Below are positions 1 to 10,689 of a DNA stretch of 64,000 nt, piece by piece (within the stretch, counting starts at the first letter, position 1; each line of letters opens with the position of its first letter). The notes beneath the pieces are model-generated. The model was not told the origin of the DNA. It saw nothing but the letters and a program-made list of their open reading frames with translations, and ran no database searches. The position numbers and the translations under genes were made by a program. This stretch comes from Psammoneis japonica (taxonomy: Eukaryota). The stretch covers positions 1 to 64,000 of the forward strand of contig QPGO01000041.1 in assembly GCA_008632985.1 (NCBI GenBank). Direction: 5' to 3'.

Positions 1-2
1 TT

Positions 3-473
3 TTGCCCCTTTCGGCTGTTCCCGAGGGTACGATCGTCTGCAACATTGAAGCCAAGGTTGGTGACCGTGGCTCGTTTGCTCGCGGATCCGGTGCCTTTGC
101 CGTGGTTGTCACTCACGATGAGGACAATGGCACGACCCGTTTGCGTTTGCCATCGGGTGGTAAAAAGACGGTCCCGTCCAATGTCCGTGCCCAGATTGGT
201 GTCGTGGCCGGAGGTGGACGTACCGACAAGCCACTCTTGAAGGCCGGAAACGCCTACCACAAGTACCGCGTCAAGCGCAACTGCTGGCCCAAGATTCGTG
301 GTGTGGCCAAGAACCCCGTGGAGCATCCCCACGGTGGTGGTAACCACCAGCACATTGGTATGCCTTCCACTGTGTCCAAGGAGCGTCCTGCTGGTCGTAA
401 GGTTGGTTTGATTGGTGCCCGCCGTACCGGACGTCTTCGTGGAGTCAAGAAGACTGCTCAGGATAAGGATTAA
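3..473 (+). CDS. RPL8: 60S ribosomal protein L8 (uL2), 5'-truncated by window edge
   Basis: C-terminal uL2 motifs [50 protein letters not shown]; stop TAA at 471-473. Confidence 0.97.
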   Translation: MPLSAVPEGTIVCNIEAKVGDRGSFARGSGAFAVVVTHDEDNGTTRLRLPSGGKKTVPSNVRAQIGVVAGGGRTDKPLLKAGNAYHKYRVKRNCWPKIRGVAKNPVEHPHGGGNHQHIGMPSTVSKERPAGRKVGLIGARRTGRLRGVKKTAQDKD

Positions 474-802
474 AACGAATAACAGTAGAGAAACGTTGTT
501 TTCTTGATATTTTTGTAATGGAATGGAGTGTAAGTCGGCGTAATTGTACGTAGTAATTATTGGGTTCCAACCTGTGAACAACGAATTCGCGAGAAAGAGG
601 ACGTCTGACAGACAACCACTCTAGATCTCTAGCTAGAGGCTATGGGGATGGTCCTACTTCAAACTTACCTACCTGCTGTCGAGACCGTACTACTCTTGGA
701 ATTTTCGGAATCCGCTGGCTGATCCAATCAGAATCTGTCAACACTTATCAACTTGGCGCATGCATACAGTTGCAAGTTGTCATACTGTAATAGATCGTCG
801 CC

Positions 803-1222
803 ATGTCAAATGTTCCCGGTGTCGCTAGCTCTCTTGCCGTGGGGGTTTGTCTGCTACTGATTATGTACAGTTTACGGTACATCATCTTACTTGCAGGATT
901 TCTTCTTTTTGCCTTTGCATACTACTCTGGAGAGATTGAAAGGGAGAAGGAAGAAGAAGAATTATCAAGGCTTGCAGCGAGGAATGCGTTTCGCGTACCA
1001 CGCCACCCCACCTATTCTAGCACTTATGCCGCCACGCGAATCACAGCAATCTGGGGGAAGTCTCCAGCCAGCTGCTGGCTGAAAAAAGTCTGCTCGTCAG
1101 TGCGTTTGGGGGTTTTGCAAGTACAATTTTTACGTACGCTAAAGAAAACGAGTCTGTCCAGCGTTCACCAAAACCCCCTAACGCACAGATCGACAGACTC
1201 TTTCAGTACAAATCCTACATAA
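803..1222 (+). CDS. Small hypothetical membrane protein, interrupted at 1052 by a MITE (possible pseudogene)
   Basis: ATG 803, two hydrophobic segments then a charged stretch; the ORF runs into the MITE TIR, so its 3' part is element-derived. Confidence 0.35.
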   Translation: MSNVPGVASSLAVGVCLLLIMYSLRYIILLAGFLLFAFAYYSGEIEREKEEEELSRLAARNAFRVPRHPTYSSTYAATRITAIWGKSPASCWLKKVCSSVRLGVLQVQFLRTLKKTSLSSVHQNPLTHRSTDSFSTNPT

Positions 1223-1259
1223 AATTCTTCAGCCAGCAGCTGGCTGGAGACTTCCCCCA
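1052..1259. mobile_element. MITE (208 bp), perfect 32-bp TIRs, 4-bp TSD AATC
   Basis: TGGGGGAAGTCTCCAGCCAGCTGCTGGCTGAA at 1052-1083 and its exact reverse complement at 1228-1259; AATC at 1048-1051 and 1260-1263. Confidence 0.92.
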
Positions 1260-1563
1260 AATCCAAGAAACAACCACGACCATCTCAAGCACAAGCACGC
1301 CACGAGGAGGATGCAGAACTGGAGGTGCAAGAATGAAGCTCTGCGGCTACGAAGCAGTGATCGGTTGAACGTGTACTACAATAGGGAATATGACGGCTGG
1401 TATGTTGGGCGAAGCAAAATGGGATACTAGGTTGTTCTGCCATGAGCCCACTTTTGTGATGTCCGCCGTATCTTCTGTTAGTAGCCAAACATTGCGTCTT
1501 AAATTCTAATTCTTTCTTGTATCTACTGGCCGCCTGCTTGGTACTTAGGCTACACATCTTCCA

Positions 1564-2682
1564 TCAAAACATCAAAACTCGATCTAAAAGCTCTTGTTTT
1601 GATCCGGTGCGCTTCAAGTTGCGCTTGCGCAAAATGTCTTGAAGCTGCTGCCGCGTGAGTTCCTTCAAACTGCTCTGGATGGAATCCTTGATGGGCATGG
1701 ATTCGGGTACCTTCATAAATTCAATATTATCGTCTTCATAAAAATCACGAGATATCATGTGCAACGACGGTAGGCTATGAATAATGTCTTGAGCATTGCC
1801 AATGGACGGGGACGCTTCCAAGGCTGCCTTGCAACAGAGTTTACATTCCTCCTCTCGATTGCCCATGGCGTCGCTGTGGAGTGCCAAGTAAACCCAAGCC
1901 GACAATTTCCATAACTTGACGTCCAACTCTCGACTCCCTCCAGTGGGAGAGCATGCAATGTTGTAAAGCTTGGCACGAGCGACAATCATGTCTCCAACGT
2001 TTTGTGCTAGAGACGCAGAAAACATGTCGAGAGCAACTTTGTGAACCTTGCGAGTTTCGCCCATTAATTCTTCATCATCATCCACCTGTTCTGTTGTATA
2101 TTGTTTCATTTTCAATCGACACGCATCTCTCCATATCCGTTCTTCACTCGCCACCTGCTGAAAGCGCCCTTCAAAGAAGTTTGCAGCGCTCTCTAGAATT
2201 TCTGCCGCTCGTTCATAGTCCTCTAAATAATACTTGACCATCCCCGCTTGCCACAGGTACGCTTCCGGCTTGTTTTCAAACACTACATCAAATGCTTCAT
2301 TGGCTTGAGTCAAATCCATCATTTTCAAGGCTTGCATACCCCGTTCGGTTTCTTCAAACACGAGCCGCTCCACGGCGGATGCTTGTCGCAAAAAGTCTTG
2401 CTGCGTCGCGGTGGGATTCATGGGATAATCCTTGGCGTCGGGAATGGCAGACGTTTTTCCAATCACAACATCGTCTTTGCGATCCAATCGGCGCTTTTCT
2501 TCCTTTCGACGTTCTTTTGCAGAGGCACTGAGATTGTTTTCCGAAGAAGAAGAAGAAGAAGATAGTCGCCATGATGTTGTCGCGTGTTGTTGTCTGTTCT
2601 GCTTATGTGTATTCACAAAGGCATGACTCACATTCTGGCTCCATACACACAGTATTAGAGGGATTATATATAGCTGAATCAT
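1564..2682 (-). CDS. Putative plastid-targeted TPR-like protein with C-terminal SAP domain
   Basis: ATG at 2682 gives MIQLYIIPLILCVWSQNVSHA-FVN (signal peptide + F, ASAFAP-like), then Ser-rich transit-like stretch, helical repeat-like middle and C-terminal LTRQQLQDILRKRNLKRTGSKQELLDRV (SAP pattern). The longer ORF-track start lies inside a MITE. Confidence 0.8.
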   Translation of the reverse strand: MIQLYIIPLILCVWSQNVSHAFVNTHKQNRQQHATTSWRLSSSSSSSENNLSASAKERRKEEKRRLDRKDDVVIGKTSAIPDAKDYPMNPTATQQDFLRQASAVERLVFEETERGMQALKMMDLTQANEAFDVVFENKPEAYLWQAGMVKYYLEDYERAAEILESAANFFEGRFQQVASEERIWRDACRLKMKQYTTEQVDDDEELMGETRKVHKVALDMFSASLAQNVGDMIVARAKLYNIACSPTGGSRELDVKLWKLSAWVYLALHSDAMGNREEECKLCCKAALEASPSIGNAQDIIHSLPSLHMISRDFYEDDNIEFMKVPESMPIKDSIQSSLKELTRQQLQDILRKRNLKRTGSKQELLDRVLMF

Positions 2683-2778
2683 TGTTTTAACAAACTTCGC
2701 TGATGGTGCTTTGGATAGACAACAGCTCCAACGAACGCCATTGCCGATGCAGAATTTTGATTCTGATGCCGAGCGGTT

Positions 2779-2987
2779 TGGGGGGCGTCTTTGGAAGTGA
2801 GATCGTCGAAGGCGGTCTGATCGCCAGTGCGTTTGGGGGTTTTCCCAGTACAATTTGTACGCACAAGAAAACACGTAGGATCTGTCCAGAGGTCCCAAAT
2901 ACCCAATCGCACTGATTGACAGACTGTTTTTGGTACAAATTCTACGTAACTTTTCTTCGACAGTCTCACTTCCGAAGACGTCCCCCA
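2779..2987. mobile_element. MITE (209 bp), 33-bp imperfect TIRs, 4-bp TSD GGTT; same family as 1052-1259
   Basis: Left TGGGGGGCGTCTTTGGAAGTGAGATCGTCGAAG vs right revcomp TGGGGGACGTCTTCGGAAGTGAGACTGTCGAAG; GGTT at 2775-2778 and 2988-2991; interior shares CAGTGCGTTTGGGGGTTTT...AGTACAATTT...TCTGTCCAG...GACAGACT...GTACAAAT with the first copy. Confidence 0.9.
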
Positions 2988-3159
2988 GGTTGGATTGGTG
3001 GCAGCAGCTTTCTACGTAATATTTGTTTAGAAACTTACATACGAGAGACGTCGTATCTCTCTACAGAGTATCCTTCAGAGTCTGTCTGTGTCCCGTTTGA
3101 ATCTCTCCGAGATTTATTTTTGGAACAGTTGTTGAGTTTATTTTTGAAAAAGCATCTCA

Positions 3160-6100
3160 CATGAATTGGGGGGATTTTCCTCTTTCCTTGCCATTTTTCA
3201 GCTCACCACCGGAGTGCAGCTCACAACCTGCTAGAGGATCACTCACTCGCTTTTCAAGCTGCTGCACTTTCAAGTGGTGCTTTGTGACACATCATTCTTT
3301 GACAACACAGATCGTCGTTGACCATGGTGGACATCTCCGACAAGCAAACGCTTGACACCATCATCTGTGGACAAGTGTCTGGCAAATTCTCTGTCCAAGA
3401 CCTTCACCCTAAAGAAGCAAGCATCATGCACCCATGGTTGCATCGCCTTCACACATCCTGTCCAGCCATTGCCGCTCATGTGGATGATGCTGAATGCCGC
3501 CGCTGCCTTGCGCTCCATCATGAACAAAGCAGTCAACGCTCAGCTGGAAAACAAACAAACCATGCTCAATGTGTCAAGCAAGTGGCTGTGTCACAAGTTG
3601 TTCCCAATCCTGAGCCTCATCAGAAAGATGTTGCGGACATCAACGAATTCATCTGGTGGTGACTCTGCATCAGCCCCCCACATCAACCTCAACAGAGTGA
3701 CAAAGAAGCAGTCTCACGCTGCACCCCTTGCTGTGATGATGGCTGCCATGGAGCATGGTTTCAGCTTGGCTTGGCTTTGCATTTTTGCCTGCTTGGTGCA
3801 TTCAGTGAACATTGTCAAATCAAGATGGGGGGCACGGCAAGCCACCCAAACAGCACTCTCTTGCAGCTCCACAAGGGGGAGTGTGGGGAAAGTGCCGACA
3901 CATGCTGTCATGCCCTTTGGAGTCATGAACAAGCCCACCACATGTGTCACATGGTGTGCAACTTGAAGAACAACTGGGAAAATGAAGCCAAAGTCATGGG
4001 CACCACACTTGATGACAGCGGCAGCTCCGCCACAAACATTGACGACAATTTTGGATTTGTGGAAGAAGGGTGCAACACAGGCCTGCAACATTTCAAGGCA
4101 ATCCTTTGTGTTGCCCATGCCTCTGCAACCTGTCTTGGAAACTTGAGAAACATCTGTTCTTCCCAAAGCTGGTCAAACTTGTGGGTCAGAATCTTGCAAA
4201 ACTTGGAAACCTTCCTGCACACTCCACACTTTGCAGACTGACTCAAGCACATCCATGAGCTGGTCAAGAATCATGACTTCAGTCACAAGATCAATGATGC
4301 CGAATGGGCTGATGCCCTCAACAGCAAGTTTGAAGACATCAAATCTGCCACATTGTCTGAGCCACTGCTCCATCAAGTTGATGGCAAAAAAAGTGACCAC
4401 ACCTGCATGCCGACTTTTCAGGGTGGGGGGTGGGGCATGCACTGCTCAAGCCAGGAGACACAAAGCATCATTGGCAGCTGTGGAAAGAGAAGATGCAGGT
4501 TGGAAGTGTGAACTCAACATGCCCCCATCTAGCCTGCACCTCTTTCCATGCACATTTGGCTCACAACAGTGCAAAGGCATCAAGCGATGCCTCCACTCCT
4601 GTGTTGGAGAGGGAGCAGCCCTCAGATGGGGCGATTCACAAAAGTCCTGCACAGTTCATGGCCATTTGCCAACATCAAAGACTGCCATGGGCTGCATTGG
4701 ATTGCATGCCATGAAGGCTGCAATCCTGCCATTGTCTCATTGCAAATGGAGCTGGCATCATGGCAGTTCACTGTCGCCCATCAACCCACTGGCACTCTCA
4801 TCAATGCCAACTGCTTCTCTCAATGCAGCCAAGAAGTTGACTTGGTCCCACGACCCACTGCCAGCTGAGCATGTCTCCACAGCACAAGAGCAACTGGCAC
4901 CAGATCTTCCAGCAGCCACACAGGTCAAACCCAAGAATGTGCCCCACTTTTGTTGTGATGCAAAATCTGCCAAGTCAGAGAATGTTGCCACCACAGTCCC
5001 CACAAACCTGTCCAATCCAAGTGAAGTGGAAGAAGCACCACTCGGAAAACCTGCTGAGCCAGTTGCTCTCCACCCATGTTTCAGCACCATGAAATCATCA
5101 TTTCAACTGGTGAGCCACAATTTGGCACTGCATTGTTTCTCATTCAGCAACTTCTTCTCATCATGCAAAGACCATCAGATTCATTGACAGTTGTCATTGC
5201 TGCCAACTGTGACATGTTTAGTCAAAAAATGTTGTGCAAGACATCAGACAAGACCCTGTCATCTTGTCATCAGCAGCCCATCTCCTGAGTGAACCACATC
5301 AAGTGCAGCACCACACAGGAGCTTGAAGGGAGCCATGTGACGCCACCAGATCCAGCCAGTGCATCTTCTCAGCTGCAATTTGCTCAGACTCAAGCAACCA
5401 TCATTTGTGAATCGCAGCACTGGTGGTGCCACCTTGGTGCTTTGCACTGCAAGCCTCCTCCATGTTCAAGCACACTGTCTTGTCTCAATTTTGCAAATCC
5501 TGAATGAACCACATCAAGTGCAGCACCACACAGGAGCTTGAAGGGAGCCATGTGACGCCACCAGATCCAGCCAGTGCATCTTCTCAGCTGCAATTTGCTC
5601 AGACTCAAGCAACCATCATTTGTGAATTGTGCTGGTCGCACCACCTTGGTGCTTTGCACTGCAAGCCTCCTCCATGTTCAAGCGCACTGTCTTGTCTCAA
5701 TTTTACAAATCCTGCATGACAGAAGGATGGCACATCACAGAGGATCACATCAAATGCACAACAACAGGTGATGCTGTTGATCACTCCACCTCATTCATGA
5801 TTGGACTTTGCACAGGTGTCACAGGGGAGAAAGTTTCTGTTGACATCCTTTGACCAACCCCAACAAAACCATCCATTGTGCTGCTTGACACCCTTGCAAA
5901 CCCTTCAACTCCAAAAGCTTTGGGACATCTGCTCTGCCTGATGCCACAAATGCTGAAGCCAATGATGACAAGTTTGCCCTGGAGACTGTCAATCCCATCC
6001 AACCACCATCCCTGCTTGAACTGTGATGATGGGACAGCCAATCAAGAAGGGTCCCTGACCCTCCAATCTGTGCAGTGTGGAGGTGTGTGGTGTGGGTCAT

Positions 6101-9100
6101 CCAGCTCCAGCCACTGGCTCAGTCAACAACAACGCACATTCAGTCACCTGTTTGACACCCTTTGTCATCAAGATGAAGAATCAAAACCCAAATTTGCTGC
6201 ATCTCTGCTTGTGAGTGTGTGTCTTGTTGGGATTTGGAGAGTGCAACCTCACATGCAAGTCATGTGCAGACACATGTCACCTCAATTTGTTGGCAAGTGG
6301 CACACTGAAAAAAGCAGCCGCACAACTGACTGACACACAGCTGTCATCGGTCAAGCTCATTGACACATTCACAGGAAAAAGCTCCAGCCACAACTGCTCA
6401 AGCACATTTCCCAATGGCTCAACATCAACCCATCTTCCAAGTCATTGAACTTGGATCCAGGAACACTGTCAAGATCCTGTGACAAAAAGCATGATGGGCA
6501 TGCACCAATCTCATCTGACCTGTCCTCAACCAACAAAAAGACAACTTGCAGAAGATGCACTTCTGCTGTGAGCAACCCACGCATGCAGGAAATGTCATCA
6601 TCAACAATGATGCACTCATTCTCCACAAATCAGTTGACTCTGCAGGAAATTTTGCAAAGCTTTGAATCACACCAGCCTCTCTTCAGAATGTTGTCTTTGT
6701 TGCATTCAACACAAAACCCACAGGCAGTCATTTCAGCATGTGCTGCACTTTCCATGACCTTGTCAAACTCCAGCACTGTTGACCCAACATGTGTGAGCAC
6801 ATCACAGACTGGATCAGCAAATGCCAAGGATGCACACTGGCCAGTGCATGACACCAGAAGAAATGTGAGCTCGTGCACTCCTTTTTGGTTGATGAAGTGC
6901 TCAAACTCATCCATGTGGATGTGCAGCACAATGTTGGACATCAACAGGGGTTTCATCAAGGTGAAAAATGTCACATGGATGTGGTTGATGGCCTGAGCAC
7001 ATTTGCAGCATCCAAGAAAGTCCAAGGCAAAGTCAATGCCAACAGTTTCAGAAGAGCCATCATGAAAATTCTCCGGAGCCATGGCCTCTGCCATGCTGTC
7101 ATCATCAACAAAAACTCCAAGTTCTGTGGAGCATTCATTCAGGCTGTGTCTCCCTGGCAGGACTTGACCTCCATCAAACATCAGGAGGCAACTGTGACCT
7201 GGTGTTGACCAAATGTTGTCACATGCTCCTCAACAAATCCCTCCAAATGTTCTGCACTGAACAAGACTCAGTCCACACTGGTGCCAAAGGTGTCCACCTT
7301 GCAGCACATGCATGGAGAAGTGCTGCCCCAGTTGTTGGCACTGACTCACCAAGCTGACTCCCAGAGCTGCTGTTGGTTACAACCATCAGTTCCCATTCAA
7401 ACTGCGCCAATTCAAAGCATGTCAATCTTCAGCCAATGTGACAAGCAATTGCACAATCTCCTCTCCAAATGTCAAGAAGCACTCAAAATCCTCATCCAAG
7501 AGCATCAAGCCATGTGCCATGAGCACATCAGCAGCAATCACCTGGATCCACTGGTGCACTCTGTGTTGGACACTTTGTTTTAGTTCAACAAGCCATCAAA
7601 TCAGATGCCCAACACAGACAAATCAACAAAATTGTGTTTGGCCACACTGGTCCATGGAAAATCATTGAAAGGATTCCAGGAGCCTTGCATTGCATCCATC
7701 GCTGCAGCAGGACCAAAGCAGAGGACAAAAGGCATGCTTCTCACATTTCCCCATGCCCTCTGGAGCCAGCTCCTTTCCCTCCTTTTGCAGGACCAGACAA
7801 CTCCTGTGGACACATCAACAGAGCAATCAAAAAGAAGCACCCTTTTCTGGAAGCTGGCATTGACTCCCACATGCCACTCCAACCCTGAAAACTTGCTGAT
7901 CTGAGCAGTGCACCACCATCCCAGTCCTTGCCATGTCTCTGGCAAACATGGCGTGCATTGGATCTGCTGTGCACTTTCCAACACTTGCTGATTGTGATGA
8001 CAAAGAATTTGATGGGGTGCACACTGAAGATGAGCTCTTGCCAGCAGCAACAGATCATTGCAAACCTTCATTGAATCCTGTTTTCATTGAGACACTTGAA
8101 GGCATCAATTTGAGCACAAAAAACAGTGTGGATTTGACTGGCCCTCAGTCCATGATTGGACTGTTGCCTGCACACTGCACAGCAAAACTGCAAACTGTCC
8201 CAGTTGGTGCCAAATCCAAATCACAGCTCATGTCTTGCATTGTCTGGAGCAAGCACGCAGAGCATTCTTCATCTGCAAATGATTGAGATTTCAAATTTTT
8301 CACAAAACTTGTCAAAACACAACAACAGCGGCAACCACAAATGCAACGTGCTCCATCAATGACCACAAACTCACCATGACAATGACATGTGTTGATGGCT
8401 TGCAATCAACTTCACATGCACATGCCTTGCTGTGCTTTGAAATTGATTGAGTGCTGTGAAAACAGCTGAGATGGTGGTGTTCAATGTTTTGCCCATCACT
8501 TTTTGACCACACAAGTCAACAACAAGCCCGCTGTGCTCTCACATGTCAATTCTGCCATGCACAAGTTCACAAGATGTGATGTTGATTGTTGCAGCTCTGG
8601 AAGGCAACACAGTTGAGAAAACAGTGACCACAGAGTGGTCGCCATGGTGGGGTGGTTTCCAGGAATTTCTGGCTGTGGCAAACCAACGGCAAATTCACAC
8701 CAAACTGAGTCATGTGCCCACCATTGCCAGTGGCAGGGCTGGCAGCAACAACAAATCATGACTTGGCAGGAAAAAACAACTGAGCTTCTCAGAGGGCAAA
8801 ATTTGTGTTGAACTCTTCATGCAACATCCACACAATGTCCAGCTCAATGCTTCAAACCAGACTTTTTGGAAAGAATGTCACAAACTCAATGGACAATTTG
8901 CCCTCCATGACAATTTTCATCTGCTCAAAACACCTCCCAACAAGTGCCAGCAAAAAGCACCTCATCATCTTCTTGCAATGGGCCCATGTTGTTGATCATG
9001 CAGATGTGTGCCTCCACTGCAGACCCTTCAATTTTGCCATGATCAATGGCCAGCAGATGATGCATGGTGTCAAGCAAGTGTCCTCCAAAGAATGAGCATC

Positions 9101-9300
9101 TTGTCAACATTGTCTCAGCAATGCAAGAACAAACCCCTAAGCAAGCAGCCATCCCATCCACAATTCTCACATCACATGAATGCACAGCAACAAACTGACC
9201 ATTGGGGCCCCACCACAGAAGCCCACGCATCTGCTGTCCTTGCTCATGAGTGTGTGCACAACTGTTGAATGTTGAGCTGTCACAAGCCATCGCACTTGAA
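3160..9300 (+). mobile_element. Degenerate Ty3/Gypsy LTR-retrotransposon pol (RT-RNaseH-[MTase-like]-integrase), heavily mutated
   Basis: Frameshifted remnants in Gypsy order: INLNRVTKK and MPFGVMN..., NIDD (RT, ~3650-4050); HSCVGEGAALRWG, WQFTVAHQP (RNaseH, ~4570-4830); LIHVDV, VVDGLSTF, VIINKNSKF (integrase core, ~6900-7150); GHTGPWKII (GPY/F motif, ~7640). Boundaries approximate, LTRs not identified. Confidence 0.8.
5290..5720. repeat. Tandem duplication, ~216-bp unit x2, inside the Gypsy element
   Basis: GAACCACATCAAGTGCAGCACCACACAGGAGC... at 5291 and 5507, near-identical. Confidence 0.92.
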
Positions 9301-10429
9301 AGCTGAGCTCTCAAACAATTGGTGAGCTCTGAATGAACTCCCACATCTCTCAAAATCTTGTCTTTCTCAAATTTCATTTCGTCAGTCAAATTCAGTGCTG
9401 ATTTGGTGCCAAAACCATGCCCCAGCAAGCCCAAAATGGGTGCCCCAAATTTTTTTCTTTTTCAATCAATGCCCTTCAGGTTTTTGTGACCATGCTTTTC
9501 CTCCTGGCCTGTCACATCCTTTTTCAATGTCCCCATGGTGCTCTCTCTGCTCTTCTTTTTAACACTGTTTGGGAGGCATTGTGAAAATTTTGTGGGGAAA
9601 AGGGCAGAAATGAAACAGTGCTGTTTGCAAATGTGCCAATTTGTGGAAAAACGCTCAAATGGCTTGAGGGCAAAGAGTGAAGCTGAGAGCTGCCTCACCA
9701 TGCAAACAATGCAACAATGGCCAAAATGCCGCCATTCATTGAAGGCAATGGAGGAGGTGGAGAGGCACCCAGGCCTGTTCCAGCTCCAGGTGCTCCGCTT
9801 TTCATCACGCTGGATTTTCTGTGCAGTTTTCAGCACCAGACATTTTTGTCTCCACCCGGCAGAGCTTGCACTTTTTGGCTTTTTGTGAACATCAATTGTT
9901 TGAATGACGCAACATGTTTGTCATGTCAGTGCTCATCTGCAGCAACTGAGGTGCATGTTGTGTCACAGGAAGAATCGTGTCAGTTGGCATTTAATGTTTT
10001 TCTGGCGATGCGCAGAACAATGCTGACTTCTGTGAACACGTGCCGTCCACCCAACACACACACCAGCCATGATGCAGCACACCACTGTCACCACTCCACA
10101 ACCCCCTCTTCTGCTCCTTTCATTTCAAAGTTGTGTCATTGTTGTCACAACACGATTGCAGCTCTAAGGAGCAGCTGTTGTTGCAGACAACACCATCTCT
10201 TCATGTTCCCTTGTTTCAAATTCGGCAAGTTGATTCATCGTGTTTTTTTTGCACGTCACCGTGCGCGTGCATTTTTCTCGTTGCTTCTCACGTCTCGTTT
10301 TATGGTTGTTTTGCACCAGGGCCTTCAGAATTTCTACAAAACTCAAGTGTTCCCCCGAACATTCTCCAAGTGACAGTTGCCACTGGAACAAACTTGTCTT
10401 GGTTTGTTTTCACTGTGATGCTTGCTGTT

Positions 10430-10670
10430 TGCACTTTTCAGCATCTGGAGCTGCCTCAGAGGCTGCCTCTGTTCATCTGCATCACTTTTGCGGTGACTGA
10501 TGTTGGCCCCATCTCTGGAGTGCATTTGTCATGCAAGCGGGAGTGCAGCTTGCTGTTTGATGCTTTCCAGCATCTGGAATTGCCTTGGAGGCTGCCTCTG
10601 TTCATCTGTGTCACTTTTGCGGTGGCTGATGTTGCCCCCCCTCTCTGGAGTGCATTTGTCGTGCACAAAC
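10430..10670. repeat. Tandem duplication, ~130-bp unit x2
   Basis: CAGCATCTGGA...GAGGCTGCCTCTGTTCATCTG...TCACTTTTGCGGTG...CTCTGGAGTGCATTTGTC at ~10439 and ~10568. Confidence 0.85.
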
Positions 10671-10689
10671 AGGAGTGCAAAAGCAATGC

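Noticed and set aside
2683..2898. N-terminal extension of the 444-aa ORF
   Set aside because: Starts at a non-ATG codon inside the MITE; ATG 2682 gives a proper signal peptide
3145..9300. Diversity-generating retroelement or RT/ADAR-type editing as the source of A->G changes
   Set aside because: No template/variable repeat pair; changes occur on both strands and in DNA transposons that have no RNA intermediate
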